DNA of 64,000 bases from Nanohaloarchaea archaeon B1-Br10_U2g21 (GTDB lineage Archaea > Nanohalarchaeota > Nanosalinia > Nanosalinales > Nanosalinaceae), in assembly GCA_001563915.1 (NCBI GenBank), contig LKMP01000001.1, positions 1-64,000 of the forward strand, given 5' to 3'. Both the position numbers and the translations under genes were made by a program. How positions within the stretch are numbered: position 1 is the stretch's first letter; every line of letters starts with the position of its first letter. The notes below the pieces were generated by a model. That model searched no databases, was not told the origin of the DNA, and was given only the letters and a program-made list of their open reading frames with translations. This document shows positions 58,148 through 64,000 of the stretch, piece after piece.

Positions 58148-59015
58148 AGAATACTCAGAATTCTGCTATAATCAAGTAGGAAGTTATGCTTTGCAGGTTA
58201 TTCACTACTTTGAGGACTTGAGCCCGCAACTGGCAAAAGCTGGGCTGAATATCTCGCTACCTGAATACGTTAGTATGATGTTCTTCACAACAGGCCTTGT
58301 AGGGCTTTTGACTTTGACTTTAGGAGGCACTCTATTGACTATGTCTATGGGTGTTGGCGGAATTATTATGGCATTTATATTGACGCCTATATTCTCTTTG
58401 GGTACTGCCTTTGTGTTCTATCTTTATCCAGCGATAATGGTGAAAGATAGAGCATCAAGAATAAAAGATACTTTGCCTTTTGCTACAATGTATCTTTCTA
58501 CACTTGCAGGTACAGGTACTGCACTACCCCAGATTTTCAAAAATCTTGGTGAGGTGGATGAATATGGGGAAGTATCTAAAGAAGCAGAAAAAATTTCTAG
58601 AGACATAGAAACATTTGGAATGGACATAAGTGAAGCTCTAGAAAGATCAGCAAATAGAAGTCCTTCAGAAGATTATCAAGAGCTAATGTGGGGGATGAAT
58701 CACGTTATAACAACGGGAGGCTCTCTAAGAGAGTTTTTAAGGCAAAGATCTGAGGCCTTAATGAATGAGTATAAGAGAAGAATAGAAGAATTCTCTGAAC
58801 AATTATCGCTCCTCGTAGAAATGTATATTACCGTAGTTGTTGTAGGATCAATTATTTTCACATCAATGAGTGCAGTAATGAGTACTATATCTCAAGATTT
58901 ATCGGCTAACCAAATTGTAGGAATACAGCTAGTCGCTATTCTTTTCGGGTTACCAGTAATATCGGGCATGTTTATACTACTAGTACAGGGGATGTCTCCG
59001 GGTGGTATCCGATGA
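58140..59015 (+). CDS. Pilus membrane platform protein (PilC/TadC, T2SS F family)
   Basis: TM helices, LPFATMYLSTLAGTG, FGMDISEAL and TTGGSL. Confidence 0.92.
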   Translation: MLKEYSEFCYNQVGSYALQVIHYFEDLSPQLAKAGLNISLPEYVSMMFFTTGLVGLLTLTLGGTLLTMSMGVGGIIMAFILTPIFSLGTAFVFYLYPAIMVKDRASRIKDTLPFATMYLSTLAGTGTALPQIFKNLGEVDEYGEVSKEAEKISRDIETFGMDISEALERSANRSPSEDYQELMWGMNHVITTGGSLREFLRQRSEALMNEYKRRIEEFSEQLSLLVEMYITVVVVGSIIFTSMSAVMSTISQDLSANQIVGIQLVAILFGLPVISGMFILLVQGMSPGGIR

Positions 59016-60043
59016 TAGATTTCTTCAAAGAAGAAGATTATGAGCCAGGTCTATCAACAGAAGACAAGATTGTCTTTGGTAGTCTAGCTGCTGGAGGAAT
59101 CCTTATGATTATAGGAATGCTTCTTTATACTTCAGTTTCAATTCAGTTAGGAGGATTGACAATTATAATGGGATTACTGGCAGCTGTATTGCCTTTTGGA
59201 ATAATATCATTTATGAAGAATCGAGCGATTACTGAGATGGAGCGACAGTTTCCTGCTTTTCTGAAAGATCTTGCAGAGTCGAAAAGAGGAGGAATGACTA
59301 TGCTAGATTCATTTGAATCAGCAAGAGAAACAGATTATGGCCGTATGAATAGTGAAATTGAAAAAGTTCACAGTCAGCTTTCATGGGGCATTCCATTTCC
59401 AGAAGTTATTGCAAGATTTTCCACTAGAATGAAAGATTCGGCAGTGATACAGCAATCTTTGTCTATTATTTTGCAGAGCTACAAGAGCGGGGGCGAAATA
59501 ACGAAAACTATTGAGTCCGTAGGAGACAGCGCTACAATGCTTAAGGAAGTCATTCAGAGTAAAAATTCCATGCTAAAACAGCAACTAGTGATTATGTATG
59601 TAATATATTTCCTTTTCATAGGAATAACTGTAGGAGTATACTTTCTAATGCAGCAATTACTTGGCTTAGGATCTCCGGAGCCTGGAACTCTTGAAAACGT
59701 TGGAGAGTTTCTAGGTGATGGGGATGATGAAGGAATAGCAAACTTTTGCGGGCCTGATGTGCCTTATGCAAGTCCTCTATGCAGTATTGCACAGGTATTT
59801 GGTTTTGTTCCAAGTAACGTTACTGATTTCACTAGTTCATATGCAGAACAATATGCATACGGGCAGATGGCGTACTATAAGTCAATCTTATTTACAATGC
59901 TTATGGTACAAGGGATGTGTAGTGCTGCAGTCGCAGGACAAATATCTGAAGGATCTCCGAGTGCAGGAATAAAACACGCTATAATTATGCTTCCAGCAGC
60001 GTTTATAGTGTTCATGCTGATAGTGAGGCCTATGGGCATATGA
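59012..60043 (+). CDS. Second pilus membrane platform protein (TadB/C)
   Basis: FPAFLKDLAES..GMT, LSWGIPF, KSGG and GIKH. Confidence 0.92.
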   Translation: MIDFFKEEDYEPGLSTEDKIVFGSLAAGGILMIIGMLLYTSVSIQLGGLTIIMGLLAAVLPFGIISFMKNRAITEMERQFPAFLKDLAESKRGGMTMLDSFESARETDYGRMNSEIEKVHSQLSWGIPFPEVIARFSTRMKDSAVIQQSLSIILQSYKSGGEITKTIESVGDSATMLKEVIQSKNSMLKQQLVIMYVIYFLFIGITVGVYFLMQQLLGLGSPEPGTLENVGEFLGDGDDEGIANFCGPDVPYASPLCSIAQVFGFVPSNVTDFTSSYAEQYAYGQMAYYKSILFTMLMVQGMCSAAVAGQISEGSPSAGIKHAIIMLPAAFIVFMLIVRPMGI

Positions 60044-60939
60044 AAAAGCAAATTAAAGGTCAGATAACGCTCGAATTTATAGGTAGCGCATTATTCTTTG
60101 TACTAGTGGTCATAGGCGTACTATCACTGACTACAGATGAAATACCTCAGTTTCATGATGATTCTGACGTTAAACTGAAAAATTTAGAGGCTAAACACGC
60201 AACCGATTATCTCTTAACATCTCAAGGAGAGCATAGCTATGAAGACGGAGGAACTAACTGGGAAAGTAGCCAAGAAACTCTTGAGAATATTGAAAGCCCG
60301 GGTATTGCAGGAGAAAATTATATGCATATAGAACGATCTAAACTTGAGACTATGGAAACAATAGGTACAGAAAGTGAGGGAGTGTATAATCATAGTGCGT
60401 TGATTGACTATCTAGAACTCGAACACAGTTACAGTTTTGCTTTTACATGGTATCCTATAGTTGAAACGTATAGAAGTTTTACAAGAACTAGTCCCCCTGA
60501 CTATATTGATCTAGAGGAGCCTGTTGACTGTGATGATAGCCCTAATGACATATACTGTAGTGCGGCTAATAGAGTCAATTATGGTCAAATAACATTGAAT
60601 GACAACGATATTTATTTTTTGACGGCAGCATACGATGGCGAATATAATACAACTTACGTATCTGATTCCTGGGATTTTGAAGATAGAAGTCCTTATGGAG
60701 AAGGAGAAGTGCCTTTTGAACTAGATGAAAATAGAGCAGAACAAGACTTTGAAATTAAAGAAATTCAGAACCGCGATAATACTCCTGGTGCAATCATAGT
60801 TTTAGAATCCCACCTTCATGAGTTTGGCTCTAATCCTGACTCAGCAACAGGAGATGTAAATAAATTGAACCGATATCCGATACTTGAAGATTCTTCAAGC
60901 AGTGAAGAACTAGTTAAAATGGAGGTCTTAGTCTGGTGA
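60040..60939 (+). CDS. Pilin-like protein
   Basis: KKQIKG|QITLEFIGSALFFVLVV. Confidence 0.8.
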   Translation: MKKQIKGQITLEFIGSALFFVLVVIGVLSLTTDEIPQFHDDSDVKLKNLEAKHATDYLLTSQGEHSYEDGGTNWESSQETLENIESPGIAGENYMHIERSKLETMETIGTESEGVYNHSALIDYLELEHSYSFAFTWYPIVETYRSFTRTSPPDYIDLEEPVDCDDSPNDIYCSAANRVNYGQITLNDNDIYFLTAAYDGEYNTTYVSDSWDFEDRSPYGEGEVPFELDENRAEQDFEIKEIQNRDNTPGAIIVLESHLHEFGSNPDSATGDVNKLNRYPILEDSSSSEELVKMEVLVW

Positions 60940-62705
60940 AAGGTATAGGTTATGCGTTAGAAGCAATGGTGGCAACTATAACGATACTCATATTCTCTCT
61001 TGGAGCTATGCAGGTAGCTGGACCTAGTCAAGACTGGTCAGATTATCAAAGAGAGGTAGCCGCTCAGGATTTAACTTATTCACTTCAGGCTTCAGGCCAC
61101 CTTGAAAATTTTGTTCAGAGAGGTGAAACCGGTTCAATGCAAACAGCTCTTAAGACAATATCTGATAGAGACATGGAGGTAACAGGTCTAGTCTCAAACG
61201 TTCCTGTTTATGAAACAGATATAGGTTTTTACACTAAAGAAGATGACAGAATTACACAGACGTTGACTGATGATTTAGGCCAGTGTGAAGGCAGCATAGG
61301 AGAGCTTGAAGATTTTTCAGAAGATCCTGTTCTCAGAACTGATGGAGAGTATGAGGAAGAAAGCGAATACAATGTGACACTCTATTTTGGTAATACTAAT
61401 CCAACTCATAAAGACACGCCTTCGGGCTATGATACCTTATGGGTTGATAATGGAACTCAGAGATGCCAATTTGCTGAAGAAGATGGTCCTTTTTACACTA
61501 ATGAGATGTTTTTCTGGGGAGACTGGGAAAGCGAAGCAGATACTGACTTCTTCGACTTTAAGGAAGTTGAAGACGATGAAGAAGCCACTTTTTACAGAGC
61601 TACTCAACCACGCAATATTACGAATATGATTGATAGAGGAGTAAATGAAATACGTGCAGACATTTCTATGGATATGGTGGATTTCGAAGAGATTGAATCT
61701 GAAGATTATGATTTTCTAGTATTCAGAGAACGAGAGGTACTTTCAGACATCGAAAATAATAGAGAAATACTCGAAAATCATGTAGTTAATGGTCCTGCTC
61801 TCTTTATGATGAATCTGGAAGAAGATGACTTAGATGATTATAGTTTTATGGAAGATACAAATTTTGAATGGATGGATGCAGGCTATGAAGACGGATATGA
61901 TGGTGAAGCGACTAATGTGGCCTTTTCAGGTCATTCGGAATCAAGTCAGATAGAGACATATTTTGAAGGTTTAGGAGGTACAACTTCAGAAGTATCTATG
62001 AAACCTCCAGGCAAATTAGTTTCAAATGCTGAAGGTACTCTTGAGCCGTCAAGACATACGGTGTATACACCAGGAGAGTCTTATGATATCTCTGATATGG
62101 AAGTTGTAGTAGAAGATATGGATGAGGTTGAGGAAGATGATGTAAATGGAGAGCCTGAAAGCGAATGTTATGGAGAAGACTATGCTATTACAGAATATGA
62201 AGGTGTTGACTTTCCGGACTATGGACAAGTCAATGTGATAAATGTGCGTCTTGGTTCAGACTCGGAATCATGTAATTTAGATGAAAGAGGAGTGAAAATA
62301 GATACTACTCAATCAGGAGAATATGACTCTGACTTGATTCTAAACGGTGAAGAAATTGAACTTGGAGGGAGAAATTATATTATGAATACTCAGGAAATTG
62401 ATGACTGTGATGGAAGACATGAATGCATTGAGTTCCTGAGCGGCGCAGAGTCATTTATTGAAATAGCTCCTTATCGTGAAACATTTAGTGATTTCAGAGG
62501 TCAAAAAATAATGTTTACGGGATATAAGGAAGAATACCAAGAACATGATCTTAAACTGCTAGGCGCGATGATATATTGGCTAAGAGGAGATCAGTACAGT
62601 TTTCAAGGCGATGAAGATCCAGAAGGAGTATCCACAACAGCATACGGCAGTGTAGAAGAAGAGGTATATCTGCCTTATTCTATCAATCTAAGGTGGTCTG
62701 AATAA
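60936..62705 (+). CDS. Large pilin-like protein (candidate adhesin)
   Basis: MKG|IGYALEAMVATITILIF; a 589-aa acidic domain with several Cys pairs. Confidence 0.78.
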   Translation: MKGIGYALEAMVATITILIFSLGAMQVAGPSQDWSDYQREVAAQDLTYSLQASGHLENFVQRGETGSMQTALKTISDRDMEVTGLVSNVPVYETDIGFYTKEDDRITQTLTDDLGQCEGSIGELEDFSEDPVLRTDGEYEEESEYNVTLYFGNTNPTHKDTPSGYDTLWVDNGTQRCQFAEEDGPFYTNEMFFWGDWESEADTDFFDFKEVEDDEEATFYRATQPRNITNMIDRGVNEIRADISMDMVDFEEIESEDYDFLVFREREVLSDIENNREILENHVVNGPALFMMNLEEDDLDDYSFMEDTNFEWMDAGYEDGYDGEATNVAFSGHSESSQIETYFEGLGGTTSEVSMKPPGKLVSNAEGTLEPSRHTVYTPGESYDISDMEVVVEDMDEVEEDDVNGEPESECYGEDYAITEYEGVDFPDYGQVNVINVRLGSDSESCNLDERGVKIDTTQSGEYDSDLILNGEEIELGGRNYIMNTQEIDDCDGRHECIEFLSGAESFIEIAPYRETFSDFRGQKIMFTGYKEEYQEHDLKLLGAMIYWLRGDQYSFQGDEDPEGVSTTAYGSVEEEVYLPYSINLRWSE

Positions 62706-63028
62706 AAGCACAATTTATGCTTATATCCGCTGTAATAGCAGGATTACTCATGATAACTGTAGGTTCAGTTATATCTGACATACAAGACAGGACTTTTCAT
62801 CCGGAAGATACATCTTATGAAGTGCGATATATAGAGGAAGAAGCCTCGAAAATAACTTCAGGGGGTAGTGTATCTCAGCTAGAGAGACAAAATTATGAGA
62901 ATTTAATTTCAAAAATGGATTATAGTAGTGATGTAGAGTACTGGGACAGAGAAGATTATACGTGCATAAATGTGACATTAACGTCTCCTGATGGTCAAAT
63001 AGAGCTTCCATGTATGGGAAGAAATTGA
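62702..63028 (+). CDS. Small pilin-like protein (probable ATA start)
   Basis: In-frame ATA-AAA-GCA-CAA-TTT upstream of ATG 62717 completes a KA|QF class III signal; AGGTGG SD at 62691. Confidence 0.72.
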   Translation: MKAQFMLISAVIAGLLMITVGSVISDIQDRTFHPEDTSYEVRYIEEEASKITSGGSVSQLERQNYENLISKMDYSSDVEYWDREDYTCINVTLTSPDGQIELPCMGRN

Positions 63029-63030
63029 AA

Positions 63031-64000
63031 CTAGAAATCCATTATGAAATCTACTTCATCTTCATCAAGATCTAGCTGTCCAGCTAAATTCGGATTAGAT
63101 GCTAAAATACGAGAATAAAGCCTCAAGTCATTTTTTGCATCGTCTTTTGAAATATGGAGTTTTCCGCCAAGCTTTGAGCTAATGTTATCGAGCTTATTTC
63201 TTGAAGCCCGAGAAGAGCCCATAACTCTAAGCTTTGAAGGATACTGGTAGCGCGTCCAACCCTCATATCGTTCGTCTTTACTCAAAGCCACTCCAATAGT
63301 TGAGAAGTCATAAACATACTTCAGTAAATTCCATGACATTCTTTTACGAATCCGTCCATTAAACAAATCTGCTAAAGATAACCAGTAATAGGCTTCAGCA
63401 ACATCCTCTGGTTTTTTGTACTCGCGAGGAATGTTCTCTCTGATCCACTGAACTAAAGTATCGACGTCCTCATCTAAATTGTTTGAAGCCTGACGAGCAT
63501 TATCAGCGCTAGAAGTTTTGAACACTACTTTCAAAGTATCGAATATTTCTTGCTCAGAATCTCTCTGGCCCAATCCTTTAACGTCGTTTTTTCCCAGTTT
63601 TTCTCTTCCTAGAGCTACAGATTCTAAATCATTTATGGCAGACCTCATTTGCCCTCCAGAAAGACGAGCAATACGTTTTACAGCACCCTCATCGTAATCA
63701 ATACCTTCTTGATCTAAAATCCATTTCAAGTGAGCATTAATTGAGTTAGTATGGACAGAATCAAGCTTTATTTCCTCTGCTATATTCCGTAGAGGTCTAA
63801 TCTTCTTATTATAGGCATCATTAGCAGTCATCACGACAGGAAACTTGCTGCCTTCAATTATTGACTTAAGTTCTCTTATTCCTCCGCGATCTCTGCCAGA
63901 CATTCCATCTACTTCATCAATTAAAATCAATTTTTCTCCGCCAAAAAACGAGGCTTGGCGCGTAGCTTCGAGTAACTCCTCCTTTAGCTGTCCTTTAGTT
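63031..64000 (-). CDS. rfcL: Replication factor C large subunit (5' part outside the window)
   Basis: LILIDEVDGM..RDRGG, PVVMTAND, GQMRSAINDLE, WIRENIP and LADLF.GR. Confidence 0.93.
   Translation of the reverse strand, partial: TKGQLKEELLEATRQASFFGGEKLILIDEVDGMSGRDRGGIRELKSIIEGSKFPVVMTANDAYNKKIRPLRNIAEEIKLDSVHTNSINAHLKWILDQEGIDYDEGAVKRIARLSGGQMRSAINDLESVALGREKLGKNDVKGLGQRDSEQEIFDTLKVVFKTSSADNARQASNNLDEDVDTLVQWIRENIPREYKKPEDVAEAYYWLSLADLFNGRIRKRMSWNLLKYVYDFSTIGVALSKDERYEGWTRYQYPSKLRVMGSSRASRNKLDNISSKLGGKLHISKDDAKNDLRLYSRILASNPNLAGQLDLDEDEVDFIMDF

Noticed and set aside
53598-63028. Archaellum (arl/fla) operon
   Set aside because: No FlaH-like ATPase or single large FlaJ in the locus; two TadB/C-type genes and many minor pilins indicate a pilus.
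1-64000. Antisense or nested ORFs in the track (e.g. 11889-12275, 20535-20762, 27832-28059, 29285-29746, 36088-36588, 43259-43573)
   Set aside because: They shadow well-supported genes or tRNAs and have the Ser/Phe-rich composition expected from the reverse strand of acidic proteins.
1-64000. CRISPR array, rRNA genes, IS elements
   Set aside because: No regularly spaced repeats, rRNA-conserved segments or transposase motifs were seen.

Overview
64 kb of chromosome from a halophilic DPANN archaeon, most likely Nanohaloarchaeota. The evidence is a strongly acidic proteome, AT-rich gene-dense DNA, a fused PriS-PriL primase, class II LysRS and GatDE. Most of the window is housekeeping: translation (lysS, gltX, gatDE, aIF5B, aIF2-alpha, L7Ae/S28e/L24e/S2/S27e/L44e), replication and repair (PCNA, GINS, primase, RPA, RFC-L, XPB, XPD, NreA, an AddB-like protein), transcription (RpoK, RpoL, TFS), RNA modification (Nop5, fibrillarin, Nop10, RNase J) and the thermosome. 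It also has three tRNAs (Gly-TCC, Val-GAC, an intron-containing CAT tRNA), a ~9.4 kb type IV pilus locus, and two accessory patches (3.3-11.3 kb and 24.4-27.7 kb). Several small genes missed by the ORF track were read by hand. The most notable observations are: (1) an unannotated, highly structured ~300-nt minus-strand RNA at 8.7-9.03 kb with a candidate promoter and terminator; (2) a tRNA(CAU) intron that looks like a box C/D guide aimed at its own wobble C34; (3) a fused primase without the Fe-S cysteines that carries an added C-terminal zinc finger; (4) two genes that seem to need non-canonical ATC/ATA starts; (5) a KaiC-GNAT-V4R-methyltransferase insert. No CRISPR array, rRNA, transposase or integrase was seen. 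All calls come from reading motifs by eye; no searches were run.
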